Assembly (NCBI RefSeq): GCF_030144855.1
Contig: NC_082721.1
Location: 42,904,001-42,968,000, forward strand
Source: Hypanus sabinus
Taxonomy: Eukaryota
DNA length: 64,000 bases
Direction of reading: 5' to 3'
Both the position numbers and the translations under genes were made by a program. Below are positions 12,425 through 23,709 of this stretch, piece by piece. The first letter of the stretch is position 1. Every line of letters starts with the position of its first letter. The notes beneath the pieces are model-generated. The model was not told the DNA's origin. It ran no database searches and saw nothing but the letters and a program-made list of their open reading frames with translations.

Positions 12425-13875
12425 GAAGGTTGAAAGTAAAATTTATTATCAGAGTACATACATGTCATCGCATACAGCCACAAGATAACTTTTCCTGTAG
12501 GCATGCTCAGCAAATCTACAGAACAGTAACTGTAAACAGGATCAATGGGCAACAAACTGTGCAAATATTAATAAATAGCAATAAATAATGAGAGTGTGAA
12601 ATGACAAGATAAAGAGTCCTTGAAGTGGGATCATTGGCTATGGGAACACCAGAAGTAGACTGAGTGAAGTTATCCTCTTTTGTTCACAAGCCTGATCGTT
12701 GAGGGGTAGTAACTGTTTTCTCAAACCTGGTGGTGTGAGTCCTGGGGCATTTGTATTTTCTAACTGATGATAACAGCAAGAAAAGCGCATGGCATAAGTG
12801 GTCAGGATCTTTGATGGATGCTGCTTTTTTATGACAACATTTCATGTAGAAGTGCTCAATAGTTGGGAGAGCTTTACCCATGATGTACTCCACTACCTTC
12901 TGGAGGATTTTTTGCTCAAAGGCATTGGTGTTCCGATACCAGACTATAATGCAGCCAGACAATACACTTTCTACCACACATCTACAGAAGTTTGTTAAGG
13001 TTTTTGATGACGTGCCAGATCTCCGCAGACTCCTAAGGATGCACTGCCATGCTTCATTTGCAATTACGTTTATATGATGGATCCAGGACAGGACCTCTGA
13101 GATAGTGACCTCCAGGAATTTAAAGTTACTGACCCTCTCCAGCTCTGCTCCTCCAATGAGTACTGGCTCATAGACCTCTGGTTTCCCTCTCCTGAAGTTT
13201 ACAGTCAGTTCCTTGGTCTTACTGACATTGAGTGAGAGGTTGTTATGACACCATCAGCCAAATTTTCAAACACCCTCCCATATGCTGATGTATCACCATC
13301 TTTAACACGACCATAACAGTGCTGTAGACCTGTTGCTTTGGCAGACAAATTGGAGCGGATCCAAGCTGCTACTCAGACAGAAGATAATATGCTTCAACGT
13401 CAGCCTCTCAAAACACTTTATCACTGTGGATGTAAGTGCCACTGGGCAATAGTCATTGAGACAGGTCACCATGCTCCTCTTGGGCACCAGTATGATTGAA
13501 GCCTGCTTGAAGCAGGTGGGTACCACACACTGCCGGAGTGAAAGGTTGAAGATATCTGTGAATACACCCGTCAGTTGGTCAGCCCAGGTCTTCAGTACTC
13601 AGCCAGGTACTCTGTCTGGACCGGATTCTTTCCTTGGATTCACTCTCCTGAAGGCAGCCTACACAACATCGTCAGATACACTGACCAAAGGATCATTGGA
13701 AGATGTGGGGTGCATAAAGTTTCCTCCCTCTTCTGGAAGTCAAACTGAGCATAGAAGGCATTGAGCTCATCTGGAAGCGAAGCTCTGCTGTCCCTCATGT
13801 TGCTAGATTTAACTTTGTAGGAGGTTATGGCATTCAAACCCTGTCAAAGCTGTTAAGCATCTCTCGCTGATTCCA
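12425..13875 (-). mobile_element. Rex1/Babar-like non-LTR retrotransposon, decayed
   Basis: ORF 13302-13526 contains FKQASII.VPK..LNDY.PVALTS...KCFERL. The (TCTGAT)-type 3' tail region is near 12440. Confidence 0.75.
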
Positions 13876-13879
13876 GACT

Positions 13880-16023
13880 GTGGCTCTGCAGGTGAGGATA
13901 GGGGGATATGTGGATGACATTAGCCTCTATGTCATTGACTCTCCACTCATACCCCTGATCCTCGGGTGCCCTTGGCTGTCCCAGCATAACCTATGCATGG
14001 ACTGGAGGGAGGTGAGAATTATTGACTCGTCCAGGGCTTCAGGAGACAGATAAATGGGTAACAGATTGAAGCGGAGGCTGATTTTGCAGAGCTTAAACAA
14101 TAGTTCACAACAGCACCCGGCTTGGTTTCTCCTAACTATGACATCGGGAATTGGGAGCTTCTTGCAGTGAAGTTAGCCTTGGAGGGATGGCATTACTGGC
14201 TTGAGGGGCCAAGAACCCTTTTATCACTTGGACTGACCACAAGAGCCTGGCCTATATTCAGGAGGCCAAGAGGCTGAATTCCAGGCAGGCCCGGTGGTGT
14301 TTGTTCTTTAACCACTTTGATTTCATCCTGACCTGTGGACCAGGGTTGAAGAAACAAACGCCAGATGCCTTGTCCCATCAGTTTGACAAACCTGAAGAGG
14401 AGGAACAACCTACCACAATTTGGCCTCAAGCCAAGGTGGTAGCGCCAGTTCACTGAGGAGTTGATGCCCTCAGGGCTCAAGCACAAGTGGAGATTCCTGG
14501 GAACGGCCCTCCGGGTTGGCTGTTGGTCCCTACTTCAATGGGGATGTTCATCGAGAATGACTGTTCTCCCAGTGATTGCCAGAGCACTCGAGTTTATCAA
14601 GAAAGGGTATTGGTGGCCTGGAATGACAAAAGGGGTTTGGCAACATGTGCAAGAATGTGAGGTATGCACTCAGAAGAAGGAACCCTGTACTTGAACCCAA
14701 GGGCTCCTCCACTCTCTACCTGTTCCACCTTGGGCACACATCCCCAGGACCTTTGTCACGGGTCTCCCACCTTCCAAGAGGAAGTCGGTCATCATGGTAA
14801 TTGTCGAATGGTTTTTGAAAGCCTGCAAGTTCATTGCCTTGGAGAGGCTACGTCTGCAGTGGAGATGGCCAAAATTGACCCGGACCAGGTCCTCAGGAGC
14901 CATGTTTTCCTGGTGGACATTGTCTTGGATCGTGATCCACAATTCACATCACATTTCTGGGAGATGTTCTGTAAACTGACAGGGGCAACAGCAAGCCTTT
15001 CCTCTGGGTTTCACCCACAGTCCGATGGTCAGGTGGATTGGATCAACCAAGATTTAAAATATACCCCAAAATGCCAGCCACAGAAAGACTTAGATACCTG
15101 GCCTCAGAAAGACCTGATGAGTGGAGTGACACTTTCACATGGGCAGAGGTCGCTCACAACACCTTACAGCACTTGGTGCCTGGGATTTCACCTTCCAACT
15201 GTCTGTTTAGTTATCTTCCACCCCTCGGAAGCCGAAGTAGAAGTTCTCATCCAGCACTGCAGGCAGAAATGGATTCTGGCGAGAGCTTTTGCTGGACGCA
15301 GCCTGGAAAGCAAAGACCACGTTGAAGCGAAAGAGAAGACAGGGACCTGCTTTATAGCCTGGACAGTAAGTCTGGCTGTCCATTCATGATTAGCCTCTCC
15401 AAGTAGAGTCTGGAAAGTTGGCACCCAAGTTCATCGGCCACTTCAAAGTCCTGAGGAATATAAACCTGGTGGCTTACACCTTGCAACTCCCCAAGATGTT
15501 AAAGTTCAATCCCACCTTCCACATCTCTATATTAAAACCTGTCTGCGTCAGCCCCTTAGCCCCACAGCTACCAGGTTTATTGAGGGGAATAGATCTTCAC
15601 AGTGAAAACACATTTGGACTCATGTACTATTCAAAGAGTTTGACGATACCTTGTGGACTGGGAAGGCTTCGGACCTGAGGAGAGGTGCCGGATGCCTGAA
15701 AGTCACATCTTGGATCCGGCTCTCATCTGTGACTACCATGACCATCTCTCTGAGCTTCTGGGATATAGATGGTCCAACTGCATGGAGAATGCATAGCTGG
15801 CCTAGCCTTTAAGGGCTTAGGATGGTCCCGCTAATTGGTAAACATGTTTTGGGTGCCAAGAATCAAGTATTTAAGGAACACCTGAACTATGATTTGGTGC
15901 TCAATTGTAAGCCTACTAGAGGTATCATCAAGTGTTTGTTTTGAGCTCAGATCCGGTTTGATACCATGTTTTGAACCTTGCTTTGGATAGCCCAGCATTT
16001 GGGTCTAAACCATCCTTGTCACA
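13880..16023 (+). mobile_element. Decayed Tf1/sushi-type Gypsy pol (RT end, RNase H, integrase, chromodomain) plus probable 3' LTR
   Basis: YVDDI near 13910, NYDIGN.ELLAVK.ALE.W, DRDPQFTSHFW, SSGFHPQSDGQ and FNPTFHIS.LKP. A TATTTAAG-containing segment ends ..GTCACA at 16023. Confidence 0.75.
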
Positions 16024-16050
16024 GTTTGTCATAAACATTGTCGAGCTATC

Positions 16051-16385
16051 AAGTCGTCAAGTCAAGTTTATTGTCATTTCAACCATAAACTGCCGGTACA
16101 GTACACAGTGAAAATGAAACAATGTTCCTCCAGTATCCTGGTACTGCATGAAATAACACAAAACTACACTAGATTATGTGAGACAGCACAAGGCTACACT
16201 AGACTATGTAAAAACAACATAAAACGGCACTAGACTACATAAAGTGTACAAAACCGTGCAGGGCAGTACAATAATTTATAAGCAAGACAATAGGCACAGT
16301 AGAGGACAAATTACAATATAATAATAAATGATGTAGATGTCAGTCTAGACTCTGAGTATTGAGGAGTCTGATGGCTTGGGGGAAG
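16051..16385 (-). mobile_element. 3' fragment of the Rex1-like family that also sits in the J RSS
   Basis: Reverse complement of 39890-40152, including the (GACTT)n tail. Confidence 0.8.
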
Positions 16386-16389
16386 AACT

Positions 16390-16640
16390 ATGGTCCTCAT
16401 CATCCAGAGTCAACAGGACAAACTGAAGGAATGAATGGCATTACCAAACAATGGCTGACTGAGTATTACGAGGAAGTCGTAACATGGCCTACAGCTCTTC
16501 CTTTGGCCTGTGCAGTATCAGGGCAGCTCCAAACAAGAAAACAAAACTGAGCCCAGTTGAAATAGTGACGGGCAACTTATGTCACCACTGGAAGCTTCTG
16601 AACTCAGAGAGCAGAAATACACATTCTGGTCGACAGTTTA
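16390..16640 (+). pseudogene. ERV integrase catalytic-core remnant
   Basis: HHPESTGQTEGMNG..K...TWPTALPLA corresponds to retroviral YHPQSSGQVERMN..WP..LPLAL. Confidence 0.7.
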
Positions 16641-16649
16641 ATTAATTAT

Positions 16650-18690
16650 TATAGCTTCCTAACCAAAAGACCACAATCTGTGAGAATTGGAAATAACATG
16701 TCCACCTCACTGACACTCAACACTGGCGCATCTCAGGGTCATGTGCTTAGCCCACTGCCCTACTCTCCCAACACACATGACTGTGTGGCTAGGCACTGCT
16801 CAAATGCCATCCATAGATTTGCTGGTGGTACACTCGTTGCCAGCAGAATCTCAGGTGGTGATGAGGAGGCGTACAGGAGTGAGACAGATCAGCTGGTTGA
16901 GTGGTATCGCAGCAACAGCCTTGCACTCAACGTCAGTAAGATCAAAGAACTGATTGTGGACTTCAGAAAAGTTAAGATGAAGGAAGACACGGCAGCCCTC
17001 ACAGAGGGATCAGAAGTGGTCCCTCAATGAAGTGGTCAATGGGTGTTAATGTCTCTGGGGACCTAACTCACCTTCTGGTATGAGAGGGGAGGGGGTTACT
17101 ACCGCACAGGATCAACATAAGCTGCAGAGAGTTGTAAATTAGTCAGTTACATCATGGGAAATAGCCTTTGTAGTATCCAGGACATCTTCAAGGAGTGGTG
17201 CCTCAAAAAGGCAGTGTCCATCATTAAGGATCCACATCACCCAGGACCTGCCCTCTTCTCATTGCTGCCATAAGGGAGGAAGTACAGAAGCCTGAAAGCA
17301 CACACTCACTGATTCAGGAACAGCTTCTTCTCCTCTGCCTTCCAATATCTGAATGGACATTGAACCATGAACACTGCCTCACTACTTCAGAAACAAGAGA
17401 AAATCTACAGATGCTGGAAATCCGAGCAACACACACACACAAAATGCTGGGGGAGCTCAGCAGGCCAGGCAGCATCTATGGAAAAAAGTACAGTTGATGT
17501 TTCGGGTCGAAACCCTTCAGTAGGACTGGAGAAAAAAAGTTATGAGGGCAGGAGAGAGAGAAACGCCGGGCGATAGGTGAAACTTGGAGGGGAAAGATGA
17601 AGCAAAGAGCTGGGAAGTCGATCGGTGAAAGAGACAGAAGACCGTGGAAAAAAGAAAAAAGAGTGGGGGCTGGTGGTGGAGGACCAGAGGGAGGCGATGG
17701 GTGGGCAAGGAGATAACATGAGAGGGACAAGAGGATGGGAAATAGTGAGGGGGAGGGGGGAGGTTGGAGGCATTACTGGAAGTCTGAGAAATCGATGTTC
17801 ATGCCATCAGGTTGGAGGCTACACTACCATTCAGGGTCCCAAACAGTCCTTCCAGATGAGACGACATTACCTGTGGGTCAGTTGGGGAAATATACTGTGT
17901 TTGGTGTTCCCAGTGTAGCCTCTTGTATATCGGTGAGACCTGACATAGATTGGGAGACCACTTCGCAGAGCACCAGAACAAGTGGGATCTCCCAGGGCCA
18001 TCCATTTTAATTCCACTTCCCATTCCAATATGTCCATCCATGGCCTCCTCCACTGTTGGGATAAGTTCACACTTAGGTTGGAGGAACAACGCCTTATATT
18101 CTGTTTGGGTAGCCTTCAACCTGATGGCATGAACATCGATTTCTCAAACTTCCAGTAATGCCCTTCACTCCCTTTCACCATTTTCCATCCCCTTGTCCCT
18201 CTCTCATGTTATCTCCTTGCCCACCCATCGCATCCCTCTGGTGCTCCTCCTCCCACCCCATTTTTTGTTTTTCCATGGCCTTCTGTCTCTATCACCAATC
18301 AACTTCTTAGCCCTTTGCTTCATTCTTCCGTCTCCAAGTTTCACCTATCGCCCGGTGTTTCTCTCTCCACTCCCTCCACCCTTCAAATCTACTTCTGAGC
18401 TTTCTTTTCTCCAGTCCTGCGGAGGGGTCTTGGCCCGAAACGTTGACTGTAATTTTACCCAGAAATGCTGCCTGGTTTGCAGAGTTCCTCCAGCATTTTG
18501 TGTGTGTTACTACCTCACTATTTAAAAAATTTTTTGCACTGCACTACTTATTTAATTGAATATATACACACACACATATACTTGCTGTAATTCAGTTTTC
18601 TATTCTCTATTGCTATTTATTGCTGCAAAGTTTACAAATTTCACAAGATATGCTGGTGGTATTAAATCTGATTCTGAAGTTGCGTAGTCC
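16650..18690 (+). mobile_element. Rex1/Babar-like LINE 3' part, split by the inverted Penelope pair
   Basis: ORF 16680-17030 has TGASQG.VLSP..YS..THDC. The 3' UTR resumes at 18509 and ends in a TCTGATTCTGA tail. Confidence 0.7.
17388..18508. mobile_element. Penelope-like element with inverted terminal arms
   Basis: About 17425-17822 is the reverse complement of ~18110-18507, around a GIY-YIG-derived core. Flanked by ACTGCCTCACTACTT (17373) and ACTACCTCACTATTT (18509). Confidence 0.85.
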
Positions 18691-18908
18691 TTTTCCTCAG
18701 CAGGTTTCTGCTGCTTGGAGTAGTCCATGGAAAGGAGGACACTCTGATTCTTGGCGAGTGGGTCCTGGTCTAGAAAGCACACAAGGAACCTGGGGTGCTT
18801 GGTGGGAAGTTCCTTACCAAGTGCTGCTAATCACCGGTTCAGCAGTTAGCGTGGAAGGTAAAGGTAAATGGACACACACCAGCCTGTGCAAGCAACTCCA
18901 GATTAAGA
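18690..18908 (+). pseudogene. ERV integrase C-terminal (SH3-like) domain
   Basis: WEVPYQVLLITGSAVSVEGKGKWTHTSLCK matches the class I retroviral pattern WEGPYQVLLTTPTAVKV..W.H.SHCK. Confidence 0.8.
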
Positions 18909-19142
18909 CAAGAACTGCGGGAAGACTTCACACACAAATATAATTATTGGACATTATGGACTTTATTTGAATGCTTATTGTTATTATATTTTTGCCTGTT
19001 GCCCTTACTCATGATGCAGTGCTATAAATGCTTTTAAGAAGTAGTTTTTGATTAGTCTGTAATGTAGATACTGTAAGATTTTTCCACCTCTGAATTTTCA
19101 GATGTGATTCTGCCAGGGTGCTTTATAGAATCAAAAAGGGAC

Positions 19143-19510
19143 TGTTGGAAACCACTGTTTTTTTTTTAAAAAATACTTTGATGAATCATTTGTCTTTTAG
19201 TAAAGTTATAGTTTAATCATTTGTACTTTTTAAACAAACTCATGTATTTTTCACAGTATGTGGTGGTTTTTCACCACTTACTGGCAGAAAGTGGTATAGC
19301 AGTTAAACTAACAGTTTATCACCTTTCTCATTTTTCATTGGCTAAGTAATAGCACATTACCCATGTGATATATTTGGGTAACCAGTGATTATTTTTATTA
19401 AAGGAATTTCTCTTATCTCAATTATAAAGGTGATGGTTTTTTTCATTGACTCCTTTTTATGTTAGCTTTTTTGCTTTTCATTTATCTCTGCTTTGTTTCT
19501 CAGCTTTTTT
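19143..19510 (+). repeat. 3' LTR (truncated) of the ERV, preceded by a polypurine tract
   Basis: AAAAAGGGA at 19133-19141, then TGTTGGAAAC. Colinear with 3356-3760. The 3' end is lost to CR1 debris. Confidence 0.7.
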
Positions 19511-19569
19511 CACTTTATATAATTATTGGTATCTTTTTATATTTTGTACTAATTTACTTTCATAATATA

Positions 19570-19910
19570 TTTTCCTGTTCAGTATTGCTTACCCAATAGT
19601 TCTTCGTTGCTTTTAAAATTTTCCCAATCTTCCAGTTGCCACTAATCTTGGCAACTTTGTATGTCTGAGCTTTTAGTTCAATTATATAAATCATTAGCTG
19701 TGCAACACTTGGGTATTGTGTACAATTCTGTTTGCTCTGTTACAGAAAGGATATAGAGGCTCTGGAAAGGGTACGGAAGAATTTTACTGGGATGCTGCAG
19801 GGGTCAAAGGTTATGAGATAGAAGGGAGGTTGTACAAACTTGAATTGTTTTATCTGGAGCATTGGGGTCCCTACAGAAGTTTATAACATTACAAGATGCA
19901 TAGATAATGT
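19570..19910. mobile_element. CR1 debris in both orientations
   Basis: 19570-19680 resembles antisense CR1 RT. 19730-19910 resembles the sense CR1 3' coding end. Confidence 0.5.
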
Positions 19911-19974
19911 TATGTTTTGTAACTTTCAAAACATTAAACTAATTGAAAGGAAAACAAGGGAGCTGGGAATAACT

Positions 19975-20215
19975 GAATATAGTACAACGCGTAGTAGATT
20001 TTAAATTTTTCCATTCAGGCCTGAAGATTTACTAGCTTTCTTACCCTTGTGGGATAATGTCTTTCCTGACAAGGAGAATCTCTCTGCTTGGCAGGTGAGA
20101 ATTACGGATGTGAAACAATCTCAGGTTCTGGGTCCTCCTCAGTGGTGGTTGTAGCAGTTGACTCTGAGACTGCAGGAGGTGGTTCTGACAGCTCTGGACC
20201 CCTTCCTTCTCCTAT
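19975..20215 (-). mobile_element. Probable Gypsy pol C-terminal tail and start of 3' UTR
   Basis: Reads PELSEPPPAVSESTATTTTEEDPEPEIVSHP*FSPAKQRDSPCQERHYPTRVRK. An acidic/Pro-rich linker ending in R-Y-P-x-R-x-R is typical of Gypsy integrase C-termini (recognition only). Confidence 0.55.
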
Positions 20216-20895
20216 TCTTGGCTTTTCTCTCTCGATCTGCTCTCCTTTTCAACTTCTTGTCTTCCTTTTTCTTTTTCTAATTTCTAGTGAGTATCTCTGA
20301 ATTCACCTATTTCTTAAGAAATTGGGTCTCATTTATCTTCTGTTTCCATAGCACTGACCTCATCCTCCTTTTTCTTTTTTGTCTTTCTAGATTGTGCATC
20401 TTGATCTTCAGAAGGTGCATTTAGTTCACTCGAGTATTCTCTTATTAATCTTCAAATGCTTCCTTTATGATCTGAACTCTTCTCTTGTTTTCCTCATCCA
20501 AAACATCATCTGACAAATCCTCTGTTTTTGTATTTCCATTGACTCATTTCTTTTTGGCCCTCCATATTTGCAGACGGGCCTTGCATTTTGCATCTAATAT
20601 TACAAGCAGCTTTTTATCTCTCATTTGAAGTTCACGCAATAACCTTAATGCACACAGAGTAGATCCTGGTTCTTTATACTCAGAAAAACCGAATGCTTAC
20701 AACTTTCCTGAAGCTTATTGAACTCTCTTCCAGCTTAAAACCAAGCCACGTTTTGTGAGTATCTGCCTGTTTAACATATCAGAAGCCTTTTCAGATATGT
20801 TGCCAACAAAAACTGTTGTAGTTGGAGTACTGTTTTTGTCACTTTCATGATTCACTGACCAAAATGGACCTTCCTTGGTCCAATATGTGTGTGAT
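20205..20895 (-). pseudogene. RBM25: RBM25 processed pseudogene (RRM to start of the RE-rich region)
   Basis: PTTTVFVGNISEKASDML.RQ.L.K.GLVLSWKRVQ*ASGKL*AFGF.EYKEP.STL.ALRLL..LIREYSSELNAPS..FRDTH runs contiguously without introns and has several stops and frameshifts. Confidence 0.9.
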
Positions 20896-21030
20896 GAACC
20901 CTTTGGACCAGCGAGGAGCGCTGGGCAGCGGCAGATCTTGACGCATCTGAACTTCATTTATTTGAGCTTATTGGAGTTATTTTAATGACTACTTTTATCA
21001 TTAAGTTGACGCTGCATTTTTCATGATGCT

Positions 21031-22370
21031 TGTCATGTGAATATGATTTCCTGTGCTTCTTGTTCTTGGGCGATTAGTTTTTGATTTTGACCGCATGGGT
21101 TTGATGTTCCAGAAGGTTATACTGGACCAGTGCTCATTGCTGAGTCCTGGAGTTTCATTCTGTGAGCTCTAGTCCTGAGTAAGTGAGCTCTTAGTTTGAT
21201 TATTCTTTAAATTATTCACCAAAAGAAATCTTCATCATTAATTTCTTTTATTGGCAGAGTCCTGAGTTTAATTTGTACCCTAGTTCACTCATCTGAATAT
21301 TATGACAGCAGGACACAACGGGGACTGACGGCATGAAAAGCATCAGCTCTCTGGTTTCACACACTTGCCTGTGTGTCCTGCAACGTGTTCCCAGAACTAC
21401 CATGGAGAGTCAGTTAATCTGCTGGCCTGGAGTGACACAATGGGGACACTGAATCTTGCCCCAAGTTCTTACATCAGTGCTCCATTGTCTTTGAGTTAGA
21501 GCTTGCAGGGTTCCCTTTGGACCGGTGTAAGGAGGCCTATATAATTTCCCTCCTCTCGGGCAGAGCCCTTTCATGGGCAACGCCTTTATGGGAGAAGGAT
21601 GCTGCTCTGTATTCTGATACTGTATAAAGCTATTTCTTAGAATGATGCGGAGAATATTCTTTCATCCTGCTCCGGCTCAGATTCATTCAGCTACATCAGG
21701 GAGAGTGATCTGTGGCCAACTACTCCATTCATTTGCATATCCTCGTGGCAGAGAGCAGGTGGGACAATGAGGTTTTCATTGCTCTGTTTACCCAGGGATT
21801 AAATGACCGGTTTAAAAATGTTGTTGTGTCCAGGGACTGGACAGAGGATTTGGAGGAATTTATGGACATGGCCATAAGAATTGACAACCATGTTTCTGAG
21901 TGGCGAGTTCACCCTGAAGGCTGGTTCTCAGAAATACTCAATGCCTACTCCAGTTCCTCAGTTTGATAGTCAAAGCAGATCCCCGCAGTCATCAGTGGAA
22001 AATCCCATGTAACCTGGAAGAACCTGGATCTCCCCAGCTGACAGAGAGGGATGTATGAGTACTGTGATAAAGCTGGCCACTTCCGAGTCACCTGCCTCAG
22101 GTTGTTGGGAAAACTCCAAGGACTGTCCAGTGAGTGGAAATCTCAAGTCCTGGAGTGATTTTACCATTCCTATTATCTTGTGGGAGACATCAACTTTCTG
22201 TGAGAACCTTGAAACATTCTGGTTCAGAAGGGAATTTTTTGGACATCGGACTGGCAGAGAGAATCCAAATTCCCAAGGTACCCTGGGCCATCCTATCTGT
22301 GCTATGGCCCTGGTTGGTAGACTGTTGGAACATGCACATATGCTTCATCTTTCTGCCCTCTCAAGTTGAC
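21031..22370 (+). mobile_element. Decayed sushi-type LTR/gag/protease remnant
   Basis: TGTCAT (21031)..ATGACA (21307) ends, gag-like AYIISLLSGRALSWA and DSRWDNE..F.QGLND, a CxxC zinc-knuckle remnant near 22050 and a DIG protease remnant. Confidence 0.6.
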
Positions 22371-22399
22371 TATTGGATTTGTTTCCATTTTATTGATTC

Positions 22400-23300
22400 T
22401 CCAGACATTCCCCTAATAAGATGTAGAAGCCGAATTAGGCCATACGGCCCACCGATTCTGCGCTGCTATTTCATCATGACAGATCCACTTTCCTTCTCAG
22501 CCCCAATCTCCTGGCTTCTCCCTGTATAATGTTACATACTGATTAATCAATAATCAATCAACCTCTGCCTGAAATATACCAAGTGACTTGGTCCATACGG
22601 CCACAGATTCATCACTCTCTGGCTAAGTAAATTTCTCCCATTCTTCATTCCAAAAGGATGCTCCTCTATTTTGAGGCTGTGTTTTCTGGTCTTAGACTCC
22701 CCCACCATAGGGAACATCCTCATTACATTAATTCTATTGAGGTCTTTCAACATACAATAGATTTCAATGAAGTCATCCCTCATTCTTCTGAATTCCAGTG
22801 AGCAGAGGCCCAGAGCCATTAAACTTCCTCATATGAGAAGCCTTTCAATCCTGGAATAATTTTTGTGAACCTCAATTGAACCCTCTCCAATGTCATCACA
22901 TCCCTCAGATAAGAGGGCCCAAAACTGCTCACAATACTCCAAATGAGGCCTCACCAGTCCTGTATAAAGCCTTAGCATTACATTCTTGCTTTTGTATTCT
23001 AATCCTCTCAAAATGAATTCTAACATCACATTTGTCTTTGTCATCACCGACTCAACTTACAAATTAGTCTTTAGGGAATCTTACATGAAGATTCCAAAGT
23101 CCTTTTGCACCTCAGGTTTTTGAAATTTTCTCCATTTAGCAAATAGTCTACCTTTTTATTTCTTTTACTGAAGTGCATGATCAGACACTTCCTGAAACTG
23201 TATTCCATCTGCCACTTTGCCCATTCTCCTAGTCTGTCCTCCTGTAGCCTCTCTACTATCTCAAAACCATCTGCCCTCCACCTATTTTCATATTGTCTGC
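22400..23300 (-). mobile_element. CR1 3' portion
   Basis: ORFs 22547-22819 and 22829-23047 include LVRPHLEYC.QFW. Confidence 0.8.
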
Positions 23301-23436
23301 AAACCTGGACACAAAACCATCAATTGGCATATTCAATGCTCTGAAATAGTTCACCCATTCTACAGTACCTCTTGCATGCTGATGAAACTTTCCACCAAAA
23401 TTTCTCATTGAGCGAATCCTACCGTTGGGGCTGGGA

Positions 23437-23709
23437 ACAGGAAGTGTGGCTGTTCTTCACATGCTGATCTTGTTTTGGTCCAACATTTGACCAATGGACA
23501 TGGCCACACTGTGGTTTCCATATCCAGTGATCCAGGACCCTAAACTTGGCCTTATCTCTGTTTTTCCTTGGATATGGCCAGGCTTATCTTGAATAAGGGC
23601 ATACAGGAAGTAGATTCTATAGCAATTGACACTGAGAAGAATAACCATCTATCCACAATTGGCACATCTGTCTGAAGTTAAACCACACAGTTTCATTCTT
23701 TGTGTGGTC
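23437..23709. promoter_or_regulatory. Candidate haematopoietic enhancer (motif cluster)
   Basis: ETS ACAGGAAGT at 23437 and 23603; RUNX TGTGGTTT 23510, AAACCACA 23680 and TGTGGT 23703; GATA CTTATCT 23551 and 23583; E-box CATCTG 23665. Motifs only, no functional data. Confidence 0.35.

Noticed and set aside
20715-20957. Functional RBM25 exon
   Set aside because: No splice boundaries, several exons' worth of sequence is contiguous, and in-frame stops follow KRVQ.
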